Shown piece after piece: positions 1 to 12,501 of a stretch of 64,000 nucleotides of DNA. Below the pieces are notes generated by a model. It saw only the letters and a list, made by a program, of their open reading frames with translations. It searched no databases and was not told where the DNA came from. The DNA is from Octopus bimaculoides (Eukaryota), in assembly GCF_001194135.2 (NCBI RefSeq), contig NC_068985.1, positions 32,621,445 through 32,685,444 on the forward strand, read 5' to 3'. Numbering within the stretch: position 1 is the first letter of the stretch; every line of letters starts with the position of its first letter. The position numbers and the translations under genes are program-made.

Positions 1-1553
1 TTCTGTTGAAGTTAATAAGCTATGCTACATATATAATTTTCACTTGTGTTACTTCAATAATTATAAAATTAAGCATAGTGCATTGATATTTATGTATTTT
101 TACATACATTTCAAATTTTACCTCATTCTGTTTCTCTAATTGCTTCTCTTATAGTGATAAATATCCTCAGTGATTTACATTTCAACAATGAACTGAAATA
201 GTTATATCCATTTGCTATGGACACTTATCATAATAATCACTTTAATAGGGAGTTGCAATTGTGCGTGTGTTCCCCTATTCATACATGTTAGTAATTAGAA
301 TGTATGTCACTGAATTGTTACTGTTAGTCCAGGTAGAATAATTGAATTGCTTGAATTTATATTGAGAAAAGTAAAGTGGTTGTTATCATGAAGTACATCA
401 ACTTATGAAATATACAAATGTCTAAAAATGTGTACACCTATCCAAGCCTTATAAACTGTGATAAAAATGTTGCTCTATATAATCATCTCAATTTTACATA
501 TTACTATTGTGATCAATAGCCTTAAAAGTAGTACAACCTTTACTAGAAGCATTTATTTACCCTTTTATTATTTCAGAAAAGTTACAAGCTCTTTGTAACC
601 TGTAGGATCTGGGGAATCCTCTAGGGTTGGAATTATTTGCTTTTTAGCACTTTGGGTTGGTTTTGGAGGGGTTTTTTTTTTTTTTTTTCTGCTACAAAAT
701 CTTTAATGACAAAACCATAAGGGTAGTATGATCTCCAAATAATGACATTTTGTTTCTGATTCAAATTTTGGTTAAAAAAATACAGTAAGGTTATTAAAAT
801 CACAACTGAGCACAAAAATAATTGTTTTGGGAGCTTGATTGTAACAATTATCATTGTGGGTTCAAGTTATAGTGCTTCCTTATTTAGTCATTGCAGTAAT
901 AAAATAAATTGGTTTAATAAGTTTGCAGTATTGTCTTTATCCGCATAAATATTACATACACTTATAGTTGATTTTCACATTAAATGTAGTTACACATGCA
1001 ACATTTTGGCTCTTTGAAAATAAATTTGTAAATAATGTCAAAATACCATAGGATTTAAGAAAATGTAGCCATAGTAATTGAGAAAATGTTGATTCTTTCA
1101 CCAAGCTGTTTTGTTTCATTAATAGACAAGGAATGTGAAGAAAAAAGTCCATGTCAGTTTATTTTTTCTTAGTCAATATTTGAATTTTTTGCAAATTCTT
1201 TAATCTTTTGAAGAAAATGTAATCCAGTTTTTTTTTTTTAATTAGTCAAAGAAATGAAAGAAAGAATAGAAGCAGTGCTTGAAATGAATATTAACATGTT
1301 ATTTAAAGCAATTTGTTGTTACTGTTGTAATGGCGCAGTAATTATATTTGCAGAAAAAAACATTTTGATGAGCATCCAGGAAATTGAATGAAAATAGTTT
1401 TTAATTGTCAGCATCATTTTAGTTATTCAGAAATTATAAGGAATGGTTCATTTTCACTAGTCATTAAATTGCTACCTTTATGTCATCATCATCATCATCA
1501 TCATATTTTATCTATATAGATAACTCAATTATTGATTTATATTTTTTCTTCAG

Positions 1554-1834
1554 ATACAAAGGAAAAAGAATTATACCAACTACACCAAATCAGCCAAGTG
1601 AGGCTTCTGCTCATTTTATGTTTGAGTTGGCAAAGAATGTTTTGTTTAAAGCTGGGGGTAATAGCTCAACCTCACTTTTTACACGACCCCCAAATAACAA
1701 CAATCCTACTGGACCACATCGCAACTTACATCTATGTGCTTTCCAAATTGGTCTCTATGCTCTTGGATTACACAATTGTGTATCACCCAACTGGCTGTCT
1801 CGTACCTACTCTTCTCATGTTTCTTGGATAACAG
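1554..1834 (+). CDS. ZSWIM8: ZSWIM8 internal coding exon (first seen in window)
   Basis: Acceptor ttttcttcag|1554, donor ACAG|gtaata. Encodes YKGKR..PNQPSEASAHFMFELAKNVLFKAGGNSSTSLF..GPHRNLHLCAFQIGLYALGLHNCVSPNWLSRTYSSHVSWITG, matching the recalled conserved ZSWIM8 C-terminal region. Phase 2 in, phase 1 out. Confidence 0.93.
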
Positions 1835-2059
1835 GTAATATCTTAGTCTCTACTGCTAATGATTACATGTATTGAGCATTTATGTTAAATGTCTATTGTC
1901 ATACAATAGTTCCAAAACAAACAAAGCAACAATGGTTTTAAATATCATTAAAAACATTTTAAATACTAGCTGATAACCAGAAATGTCTGTCCATAAAATG
2001 CCTACCTGGAAAGTTTATAGCTTCTAAATCAGTGTGAGGTTGGTATCAAAGTATTGAAT

Positions 2060-3412
2060 CATTCACACACTAACATATATGAATAATATTCTTAAGGTCA
2101 ACATTTACTCACTTGCGACCACTTCTAGGCTTTGTCACTAATTCAGTTTTTAACCAAATTAGATGATGTTTACATTTTTAGACTGGTTACATCCTAAGCT
2201 ACATTTTCAGCTGCGAAATTTGAAAATTGCTTTGGTAGAAAAAAAAAGTTTCAGTAAAATATGTAAGGTCAAAAACAGGAGAGTAACACCTGAAATCTAC
2301 TTTCAGTCCAAATTTTTTTTTTCTTTTTTAAGAAATCTATATTTTATTTTAGCTTATATGATAGATCTCGGTGAGAGGAATCTATTCATGTTACTTATAT
2401 GCAAAAATATTCGGTAGAAAAAAAGTACTGAAGTAAAAACCAGCGCAAAAAAAAAAAATTAACGCCTGAAATCAAATTTGACTCCAAATATCATTTTTAT
2501 TTCAAAAGGAAACTATATTTAAATTCAACTTTTCTGATAGATCTCCATTAGAGGAATCTGATGATGCCAATTATATAAAAAAAAAATTTTTAATTAAAAA
2601 CTACTGGGGCCAAATGTGCCAAAAAAGTGGTAACACCTAAAATGAAATTCAGACCCTAAAAATTTTTCTTTTTACCTCATAAGATAGAACTCATCAAGAC
2701 AAGTGCTGTGGTGCTAATCTTTTCAAAATGTATCATTCACGCATAGTGTGTGAATAATATTCTTAAGGTCAGCATTTACTTACTCATGACCACTTCTAGG
2801 CTTTGTCACTAACTCAGCTTTTAACCAAATTAGACGACGTTTACATTTTTAGATTGGTTACATCATAAGCTATATTTCGAGCTAAAAACTTTGAAAATTG
2901 GTTCAGTAGCAAAAACGTTTGAGTCAAATATGTGAGGTCACAAACGAGAGAATAACACCTGAAATCAACTTTGAGTTTTTTGTTTGTTTTTTTTTAAATA
3001 AATCTATATTTTATTTTAGCTTATATGATAGATCCCGACAACAGGAATATATCCATGTTAGTTATATGCAAAAATATTCAGTAGAAAATAAAGTACTGAG
3101 GTAAAAACCAGTGAAAAAAAAAAGAGAGATTAATACCTGAAATTACCTTTGACTCCAAATATTCTCCTTTCAAAAGAAAACTATATTTAAATTTAACTTT
3201 TCTCATAGATCTCGCCTTCAGGAATCTCATGATGCTAATTATATATAAAAAAAAATTTTATAAAAAACTACTGGGACCAAATGTGCTGAATGCAGTGGTA
3301 ATGCCTAAAAGCAAATTCAAGACCTAAACTTTTTCTGTTAAAATTTCGTTTTTGTTTAGCTCATATGATAGAATTCATCAAGACAAGTGCTGTGGTGCTA
3401 ATCTTTTCAAAT
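2060..3412. repeat. Two tandem ~675-bp diverged copies of an unclassified interspersed element (third truncated copy at 4419-4665)
   Basis: Copies start cattcac at 2060, 2734 and 4419; they share gaataatattcttaaggtc..ccacttctaggctttgtcac and copies 1-2 end in ctcatcaagacaagtgctgtggtgctaatcttttcaaa. Internal tgatagatct..aggaatct sub-repeats. Confidence 0.85.
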
Positions 3413-3457
3413 ATTCAAAATGAAAAACGTTATTATATAAGCTAAATGTGCCAAAAG

Positions 3458-4061
3458 TACTCTTTTACTCTTTTACTTGTTTCAGTCATTTGACTGTGGC
3501 CATGCTGGAGCATCACCTTTAGTCGAGCAAGTCGACCCCAGGACTTATTCTTTTTGGAAGCCTAGTACTTATTCTATCGGTCTCTTTTGCTGAACCGCTA
3601 AGTTACGGGGACATAAACACCACCATCGGTTGTCAAGCGATGCTGGAGGGACAAACACAGACACACAAACATATACACACACATACATCTATATATNNNN
3701 NNNNNNNNNNNNNNNNNNNNNNNNNNNNNNNNNNNNNNNNNNNNNNNNNNNNNNNNNNNNNNNNNNNNNNNNNNNNNNNNNNNNNNNNNNNNNNNNNNNN
3801 NNNNNNNNNNNNNNNNNNNNNNNNNNNNNNNNNNNNNNNNNNNNNNNNNNNNNNNNNNNNNNNNNNNNNATATATATATATATATATATATACATACATA
3901 CGACGGGCTTATTTCAGTTTCCGTCTACCAAATCCACTCACAAGGCTTTGGTCGGCCTGGGGCTATAGTAGAAGACACTTGCCCAAGGTGCCACGCAGTG
4001 GGTATGAACCCGGAACCATGTGGTTGGTAAGCTAGCTACCTAGCACACAGCCACTCCTGCG
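3458..4061 (-). mobile_element. SINE family A (tRNA-like head, central microsatellite), full length with N gap
   Basis: Reverse complement begins gcaggagtggctgtgtg (A-box-like) ..gggttcataccc (B-box-like) and ends cagtcaaatgactgaaacaagtaaaagagta; same sequence recurs many times in the window. Confidence 0.85.
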
Positions 4062-4091
4062 TCAATTTTCAAGTAATATTATTACTTATTA

Positions 4092-4325
4092 CGAGCTGGC
4101 AGAGTTGTTAACATGCAGCATTTCGTCTGTCTCTACATTCTGAGTTCAAATTCCACCAAGGTTCTCTTTGCCTTTTATCTTTTTGTTACTCAATAAAATG
4201 AGTATCAGCTGAGCACTGAGGTACTCAATAAAATTAGTATCAGCTGAGCACTGAGGTGATGTAATCAACTTCCCTCCGAATTTGATGTCCTTCTGCCAAA
4301 ATTGGAAACCAATATTGCAAAATGT
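4092..4325 (+). mobile_element. SINE family B copy with a short internal tandem duplication
   Basis: gagctggcag..ctgagttcaaattccacc (B box); tcaataaaat(g/t)agtatcagctgagcactgagg occurs twice. Confidence 0.7.
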
Positions 4326-4857
4326 TTGATTCAATCCAGTATTTAGGTATCTCGCAAAAATCTATTGCATATTCATAGAATACACTATATTGTAATAAAT
4401 ATATATTGTAATAAATATCATTCACTCACAGCAGTGTGTGAGTAATATTCTTACGGTCAACATTCACTCACTCACGACTACTTCTAGGTTTTGTCACTAA
4501 TTCAGTTTTTTACCAAATTTGATGATGTTTATACATTTTTAGATTGGTCACCTCCCAAGCTACATTTTGAGCTACAAAATTTAAAATTTGGTTCAGTAGA
4601 AAAAAAGTTGAGATTTCAAATATGTGAGGTCAAAAAAGAGAGATTAACACTTGAAATCAACTTCAGGGATATACATGCAACACTACATACATACTTTCAT
4701 AAACACACACACACACACATGCACATACACACAAGTATCTTTTAAAACACCCATGAAGGGAAACAAAGTGTGATGAATGCGTAGCTTTAAGGAGAGAGGG
4801 GATAAGTTGACAACAGTTATAACAAGTAAACTGTTTTCTGTTGTCCATCGTAAATAG

Positions 4858-4888
<31 letters not shown>

Positions 4889-4899
4889 CATGATGGCCA

Positions 4900-5484
4900 T
4901 CCACTCGTGACTGAGGAAGACCATTGCTGACCTTCAGGGACATTGTGCGCTCTAGGACTAACTTATAATTTGCATTTGTGGCTCCGTTGGTGGCTAATGG
5001 GCCCTGCTCTTGACAAGCATACACAACTGCAAACATTGCAGACCAAGCTTTCCCCATTCACTATACGAGCCGTGCGCTTTCGCGCAGCTTGCTTAAGTTC
5101 TTCATGCTGGATACGTGCTTTCTCAAAAGTGTTGATCCCCTCCTTTACCTGCTTCCTCCATCTGTGGTGATGACAGGCATTGTTCTCCCAGTCAGTGTCC
5201 TGCATATCACAGGTCTTTAATAAGGACTTGACACAGTCTTTAAATCGCAGCCTTGGTTTCTGCTGGAGTCTCCTTCCATTCACAAGTTCTCCATATAGCA
5301 TCTGCTTAGGAATCCTGCTATCCTTCATTCTAATAAGGTTTCCAGTCCAACGTAACTGGTGCTTGTGCACCATTGCCTCAATACTCAAGATGTCAGCTGT
5401 CCTCAGGACCTGTGTGTCTGGAATTTTTGTGGTCCAGCCAACATTGAGAATGTGTCTGGGACATCTCTGATGAAAGCATTCAAG
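4900..5484 (-). mobile_element. RTE-clade LINE 3' fragment (RT C-terminus plus terminal zinc finger)
   Basis: ORF 4963-5388 has LRWTGNLIRMKDSRIPKQMLYGEL..RLRFKDCVK..CNVCSCVC..HQRSH, typical of an RTE ORF end. Confidence 0.85.
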
Positions 5485-5861
5485 NNNNNNNNNNNNNNNN
5501 NNNNNNNNNNNNNNNNNNNNNNNNNNNNNNNNNNNNNNNNNNNNNNNNNNNNNNNNNNNNNNNNNNNNNNNNNNNNNNNNNNNNNNNNNNNNNNNNNNNN
5601 NNNNNNNNNNNNNNNNNNNNNNNNNNNNNNNNNNNNNNNNNNNNNNNNNNNNNNNNNNNNNNNNNNNNNNNNNNNNNNNNNNNNNNNNNNNNNNNNNNNN
5701 NNNNNNNNNNNNNNNNNNNNNNNNNNNNNNNNNNNNNNNNNNNNNNNNNNNNNNNNNNNNNNNNNNNNNNNNNNNNNNNNNNNNNNNNNNNNNNNNNNNN
5801 NNNNNNNNNNNNNNNNNNNNNNNNNNNNNNNNNNNNNNNNNNNNNNNNNNNNNNNNNNNNN

Positions 5862-7275
5862 TAACGTCCGCTTTCTATGCTAGCATGGGTTGGACGATTT
5901 AACTGAGGACTGGCAAACCAGAAGGCTGCACCAGGCTCCAATCTGATCTGGCAGAGTTTCTACAGCTGGATGCCCTTGATAACGCCAACCACTCCAAGAG
6001 TGTAGTGGGTACTTTTACATGCCACCAGCATGAAGGCCAGTCACACGGTACTGGCAACGGCCACACTCAAAAAGGTGGTTTTTACATGCTACCTGCATGG
6101 GAGCCAGTTCAGCGGCTCTGGCAACAACCTCGCTCAAATGATTTTCTAATGTGCCACCAGCACAAGTGCTGGAAGGCGACACTGGTAATGATTACGCTCA
6201 AATGGTGCTATTTATGGGCCACTAGCACGGAAGCCAGACGGCTGCTCTGGCAATGAACACGCACGGACAGTGCTGTTAGTGCTCCACTGGCGCGGGTGCC
6301 AGTCATCGAGTATGGTTCAATTTCGATTTCACTTGCCCCAACAGTTCTTCGCAAGCAGAGTTTAGTGTCCAATGAAGGAGAGGTTGGTATGGGTGCCAGG
6401 CGTCGGGTTCAGTTCGATTTCGATTTCAGATTTCAAATTCCAAATTAACTTACCTCAACAGGTCTTCACAAGCAGAGTTTTTAGTGTCCAATGCAGTAAA
6501 GATACAAATAAGTGAGCTGGCTACACTTCTGGCAGAGATCACAGATTATGCTCTCACTTGCCTTGCCGGGTCTTCTCACATACTGCATATTTCCAAAGGT
6601 CCCGGTCACTGGTCATTGCTTCGGTGAGGCCTAAAGTTCGAAGGTCGTGCTTCACCACCTCATCCCAGGTCTTCCAGGGTCTACCTCTTCCACAGGTTCC
6701 CTCAACCGCTAGAGTGTGACACTTTTTCACACAGCTATCCTCATCCATTCTTGTCACATGTCCATACCAGCACAATCGTCNNNNNNNNNNNNNNNNNNNN
6801 NNNNNNNNNNNNNNNNNNNNNNNNNNNNNNNNNNNNNNNNNNNNNNNNNNNNNNNNNNNNNNNNNNNNNCACATGCGTCATACAGTCTGCCTTTTACTCT
6901 GAGTGAGAGGCACTTTGTCACCAACAGAGGTAAGAGCTCTCTAAACTTTGCTCAGGCTATTCTTATTCTAGCAGCTACACTTTCAGTGCACCCTCCCCCA
7001 ATACAAACTTGGTCACCTAGGTAGCGGAAGCTATCAACTACTAGTTTTTCTCTCTGGAGTGTGGCAAAGGTTTTCTGCACATTTTCAGTGTTTATTGCTC
7101 CTGAGCATCTGCCACATACAAAAACTATTTTGCTAGTTAGCCTTCCTTTGATATTGCTGCACCTCTTATGTGTCCATAGCTTGCACTGGGTACATCTTAT
7201 GGAGTTTCTACCTACGCCTTTTATACAGATTGAGCAGGGCCATCTACCTGAAGGGGTTTGTGTTTTGTGTACCTT
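5862..7275 (-). mobile_element. RTE-clade LINE (dominant family) 3' part: RT C-terminus and repeat-rich 3' UTR
   Basis: RLCWYGHVTRM..GRGRPWKTWDEVVKHDL and GRWPCSIC..LVVDSFRYLGDQ; 3' UTR matches copies at 13340-13875 and 61660-61948. Confidence 0.88.
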
Positions 7276-7813
7276 CCTACTGACAGAATTTAAACTCAGA
7301 ACATTAAGAGCCAAAAAAAAATACCACAAATTACTTCTTTTTCCTACATTTTTCAGTATATATTCCAACTCTTTACATTCTGAGTTCAAATCCTTTTGGG
7401 GTCAACTTTGTCTCTCATCCTTTTAGGGTCAGTAATAAGGGCATTAACTTTTAAAAACCTAACATTAAACGCATTAATTAGACATACATTTATCTCTTCA
7501 ACTCAGTACAGAAGAAAAGTTACTTTTCAAATGTGTGTACATAAATCAAATTTGTATGTTTTTATGGTCACCTAACATTAGTAGATTATAAATTTTACAA
7601 CTTAGTTCATCTTATGTTTGTTGAGTGGTACCATTGACCACGTTCCATATTTTCCCAATTTGATTGTCTTCCCTATTTTGAATTAAGAGAACATCTCTAC
7701 TGAAGATGTATAGAATTTGAAATCTTCTGTGAATTTCTGGTGTTATGTGTGTGTGTTTATATCATAATGAAATATTTTGTTTTGAATATATTTTTCTGTT
7801 TTTCTTTCAACAG

Positions 7814-8188
7814 GTCAAGCAATGGAGATTGGGAGTGCTGCAATCAATATTCTTATTGATACTTGGGAAGGTCACCTTACTCCACCTGAAGTTGCATCTC
7901 TTGCTGACCGTGCTTCAAGAGGTCGAGATCCCAACATGGTGAAGGCAGCATCTGAACTGTCTCTCTCTTCTTTACCCCATGCTCATGCTTTAAATCCCAT
8001 TGAAGTGCAACGTGCCTTGCTTCAATGCAAGGAGCATAGCAAAGAGATGCTGGAGAAAGCTTGTCTTGCTGTTGAAAGTGCTGCTAAAGGCGGTGGTGTT
8101 TACCCTGAAGTTTTGTTTGAAGTGGCACGACATTGGGACAAGATGGCTGAAGAGTCTGCTCACCTTAGTAATAATGGAGGTGCACAAG
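7814..8188 (+). CDS. ZSWIM8: ZSWIM8 coding exon
   Basis: Acceptor ctttcaacag|, donor CAAG|gtagat. G|GT completes Gly; encodes GQAMEIGSAAINILIDTWEGHLTPPEVASLADRASRGRD..AAKGGGVYPEVLFEVARHW, a hallmark ZSWIM8 segment. 375 nt, phase 1 to 1. Confidence 0.95.
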
Positions 8189-8862
8189 GTAGATATGCTA
8201 ATTGCTTTTGTTTTTTTTTAAATTTTTCTAATGCTTTTTTTTTTTTTTTTAAATTTTACTTACAATGTGATTAATTACTAGCTACAACAATATAGTTGGA
8301 AATAAATAAGAAAAACAATGTATACCTTTATCTTATTTATTTCATTATTTTGACCATGACAAACCCAAGACCTGTGTAAGGAAAGTGGAACAGTGTTCTG
8401 ATATGTGCAGTTAGTTAGAGTAGAGGAACATTGTAACATTTACAGATCAATAGTTAGATCAACCAGTGAGCATCATGCAAATCTTGTCAGTTGTTGAATG
8501 AAGGTGACCTTTCTGATTTTGATTATAATGTTCTGTAATAATGTGAACCACTTAATGTACAGTTAGGGACCTTAAATGGGTTTTTTTTTAATAACTTTTA
8601 GCTAGTCCTCTTCATGTTGTTTACATAATCTGCACTAGGTATCATGAAGTCATTTTTATTCTACTGCAATAAAAGACTGTATAGTTTTGTTGGAATACTT
8701 TTTAAGTTCAAAGAAAATAAACAACTAAGTGACTCTAATTCTCATAGTTTTTAGTCTGTGTTATAAATGTTCAGTTGCCTTTGATGTTTTTATAGTTAAT
8801 TATATTTTAGTATTAACTTATGTATGTTAAATTTTTATTGAAATGTATATTTCTTTCTTCAG

Positions 8863-9455
8863 ATTTGTCTGTGGCTTTGGAAGCTTCCCATTCTCAAGAT
8901 GAAGATAGCAACCGGCCATTAATGGTGGATTGTGTTGGAGACCAGATAAATCCTTCATCTAACACCTCTTCTGCTCTTCCTATGATTACTTACAACCAAC
9001 AGCCTTCTCACACATCTACTAATTCACAGGTCTCCACCCAAGGAACTCCTCCACCACCACCGCAAATTATCTTGCATTCCTCTAACCATATGAACCATCC
9101 TGGACCAATGGTGATTCCATACACACTTCCTGGGCCTGCCCAAAATGGCCAGATGCCCCACCACCCAACCACCTATGTGCCAACATACAGTATCTTCAAT
9201 CACCACCACCATCATCAGTACCCTCCACCACCACCACCTCCCCCACAGACTACTCACATTCCACTCCATAACAATTTGCACCACCCTGGAGCCTATATTA
9301 CAACTTATTCTTATCAGAATCAGTCACCATTTCCTGTTGGTAACCTTCAGAACATTCAGAATGTTCATCAAAATACTGCACAGATCTTCTCCAATGGAAC
9401 TAATATCCGACATCTAGGTCCCACCATGCAAATCTATCCTAACCCAAACTGTCAA
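8863..9455 (+). CDS. ZSWIM8: ZSWIM8 coding exon, low-complexity Pro/His/Gln/Thr-rich region
   Basis: Acceptor ttctttcttcag|, donor CAA|gtaagt. Open frame compatible with both flanking exons (phase 1 to 0); contains HHHHHQYPPPPPPPPQ. Confidence 0.85.
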
Positions 9456-10492
9456 GTAAGTATGATAGATTCTACAGTCATATTAATATATAACTAAATG
9501 TTGTTTATTTTTTAATAATTAGCTTAATTAAACTTATGGCAAAGATGCAAGAAACAATCTATAGACAATAAAAATTTTGGTTAAACTTATGGCAAAGATG
9601 CAAGAAANNNNNNNNNNTCTATAGACAATAAAAATTTTGGTTAAACTTATGGCAAAGATGCAAGAAACAATCTATAGACAATAAAAATTTTGGTTAAGTG
9701 TCATTATAAGTTATACTGTACACATCATTGTACAATGCTTTGTCGAAAGGGAAGGAATAACAATCAAAACATAGTGTCTAATGTGCTGGTAGTTTTTCTT
9801 TTCCTTTATTTTTTCATGCTAGTGATTTTTAACTATATTTAGAAGCCAGCCTAATGATTAATTTTAGAGTAACAGTAATTGCCTTTCAAAATTTTAAAAT
9901 ATTGGAAAAAATAAGAAAATTGCTCACCATTTTATTGTGAGGTCACTGTTAAAAAACCCTCTGCTTTTGACTATTTAAATTATTGAATAAGTGAATAGGG
10001 CTCAAGTTCTTAATTTCAAAGATTAAAAGCCTAACACTGTCACTCCTATTCCCTTCAGTTTTTGAATTAGAAGAGGATATCTAACCTTCTGTAAAAACTT
10101 TTTAAATCTCTTGACTTGAAAAAATAATTGGTTTGATTTTAGCATAGAAAAGACATGAAGTCATCTAAAATGAAACAGAGCTAACTTAGGCTTTATTTAT
10201 CTTTCTTTTGTCTTTTAGATATAAATTAATTTCTCCTTCGAACACATTTTGATTATTATTACTTTGTTGCGGATATTAACAGTTATACTTGTAGTTATAG
10301 CTTATAGTTATAATATGAAAATCTAAAATGTGAACTAACTGTGAATGTGCATAAAAATTTGTTTCTCTAATTATATATATATATATATATATTTATATAT
10401 AATTTCAAACTGTAATTTTACTAAGTTGACTTTGTGATGCACTTTTTATGTGTATTATATTTATGTTGTATTTGAATTTTATTTTATAATAG

Positions 10493-10862
10493 CTTGGGTC
10501 ACTTCAGCCAGTGCATGGTGGCAACACAGCAACAGCAACTGCAGGAAATAATGTTCAACATGTGGACCAACCACCTGTGTTTACACCATGCCAGCCTACC
10601 TCCTCAAACTGTGTTCCTGGCCAGCAGCAAGGCCCACTTTGTGTTGGCCAGCAACAGCAGCAGCCTGTTGGACAGTCCAATATTCAAACCCCTTCTGCTA
10701 TTAATAATCAGACACAAATGAACTACCTGATGGCTGCCTATAGAGTTGGCATGCTAGCTATGGAGACACTTGGTCGGAATGATCGTCCACATATGAAATA
10801 TGCTCGCAACCCTCCCTATGGTGAGGATGTCAAAAGACTCCTTGGAGTTGCCATCAAATTAG
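10493..10862 (+). CDS. ZSWIM8: ZSWIM8 coding exon
   Basis: Acceptor ttttataatag|; encodes LGSLQPVHGG..QQQQQ..MNYLMAAYRVGMLAMETLGR..NPPYGEDVKRLLGVAIKLG. Ends at AG|gcaagt (GC donor), or 4 nt later at AA|gtaaaa. Confidence 0.88.
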
Positions 10863-12323
10863 GCAAGTAAAATTTTTTGTCATTATGAAAGAAAAAAACT
10901 ATTTGGTTTGTTATATTTTCTTCAATATTCTAATTGATATAATTTTGCTTAAATGGAAACTTCAGTAATTTTTCATAGATTCTTAATTCTATTTTTTACT
11001 ACAAAAGTTATCAAAAGTTTGTTTGATACAAACTTTAAAAATGCAAATTAATGTTTTTATCTCCTTTTAAATTTCTGTCAGATATTAAAAATGTGACATA
11101 ACTATTAGATGCGAATTCGTTAATTACTTTTCGAGTGAACCTGATGTATTGAATGATTTCTGTAACTGTTACTTGAATGATAGATATTTTTGAATAGGAG
11201 TATGATGTCCTAATATTTATCCTAGCTTTCATGTTGTTAAGTTGTTGAGAGATGTCTCTTTGTGTAGAAATAGCAATATATGACAAGTTTTGGTCATAAG
11301 AGAAATTTGAACTCAGTACTGCAAGCTATCTATATTTTCAGTTATGTTGTGACTGTTATTTCTCAATGAGAGCTGTATTATCTTGTGGTACCTATTTATA
11401 AAATAGGCGATTAGATTGATTTGGACTTTGCCTGAGATTCATTGTGATACTAGTGATGGGTTATAAACTAGAGATCATTTGATTAAGAGCTTGACATTTT
11501 TTCACTTTGCTAGTTATAATTTACAGTGTAGTGATATATTTATTTTGGTTTTTCTGAAATCGTATGACTAAACCTTTCTGAACAAGAAAACCAAAACAAA
11601 AGCTATTTTATTTAGAGCACAAAAATATTATCTGATATATAAATAGAACATCTAACCAAGAAGCTTATCTGGTTTATTAATGGTATGTGTGTATTTGTAT
11701 GTGCATATATGTCTGTGAATGTTTACAACCTATATTGAGCTATGACTACAAATGGTGACATCACAGTTTGCAGCTCAGTTACTAACAGTGATGTCACTGT
11801 TTGTGGTTGGACTGCAACCAGTGATATCTGTTGACACTTCTTGTCAAGAAACTGGTTGCTAGTTCTGTGCTTTCAGATTCACTTGGTATATAAAAAAATT
11901 TCTACTTAAAATACTGGTTACAGTTAGGGAAAAGAAGATCATCTGGCTGTAAAAATCCTGCCTTAATGTCTAAGTTATTCTTATATGAAATAAGAGACAT
12001 TGAAATGAACAAATGTTACAAGCAAGAAATATTTTAAAATTTATCTTTATAACTTAATATCATTGCTTTGTTGTATTGAAAACTAAAAACAAAGAAAAAA
12101 AAATTAACTTTGTTTTGCTCTGTTTATTTTTAAATGTTTTTAGCAAACATTAATTAGTTGAGAAGACTTAGATGGATAGTTATTTGTTGGAATAACAGTT
12201 TAAGTCACCAAAATAGGATATGATTAAACAGCAATTAACCTTGGTGGCATTAGAGAATTTATATATTTATTATCCTTTGTTTGTAACTAAAATCTATCTG
12301 TAATTGAACATTTTTATTTATAG

Positions 12324-12501
12324 GAAGCAGTTATTTGCAGCAGTTTTGTGCCAGTGCTGTTAACGCTGTAGTCAGTCCATTCGTTCTCTACGACATTGCC
12401 TGGGAAGCTGCGCACTATCTGGCTCATAACAACCAGACTCCAGTGCACAACTGCCTGCGCTCAAACTTCCTCAACCCACTGGTGCAGAAGTGTATACAGA
12501 T
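12324..12501 (+). CDS. ZSWIM8: ZSWIM8 coding exon (not in ORF track)
   Basis: Acceptor tttttatttatag|, donor AT|gtaagt. Hand translation GSSYLQQFCASAVNAVVSPFVLYDIAWEAAHYLAHNNQTPVHNCLRSNFLNPLVQKCIQM parallels the recalled vertebrate NYVHQFC..LSPFVL..LVQRCQQ segment. Confidence 0.88.

Noticed and set aside
577-625. Possible small upstream ZSWIM8 exon
   Set aside because: Acceptor-like site present, but the donor is weak and there is no recognisable ZSWIM8 peptide.
9528-9697. Three 53-bp direct repeats resembling a small array
   Set aside because: Identical units with no spacers around a 10-N placeholder; probably a gap-closing artefact or simple tandem repeat, not CRISPR.
10833-10837. Arg (AGA) where I recall a conserved Trp (DVKWLL) in ZSWIM8, as a possible editing site
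   Set aside because: A-to-I editing cannot convert AGA to TGG, and the reference residue is from memory only.
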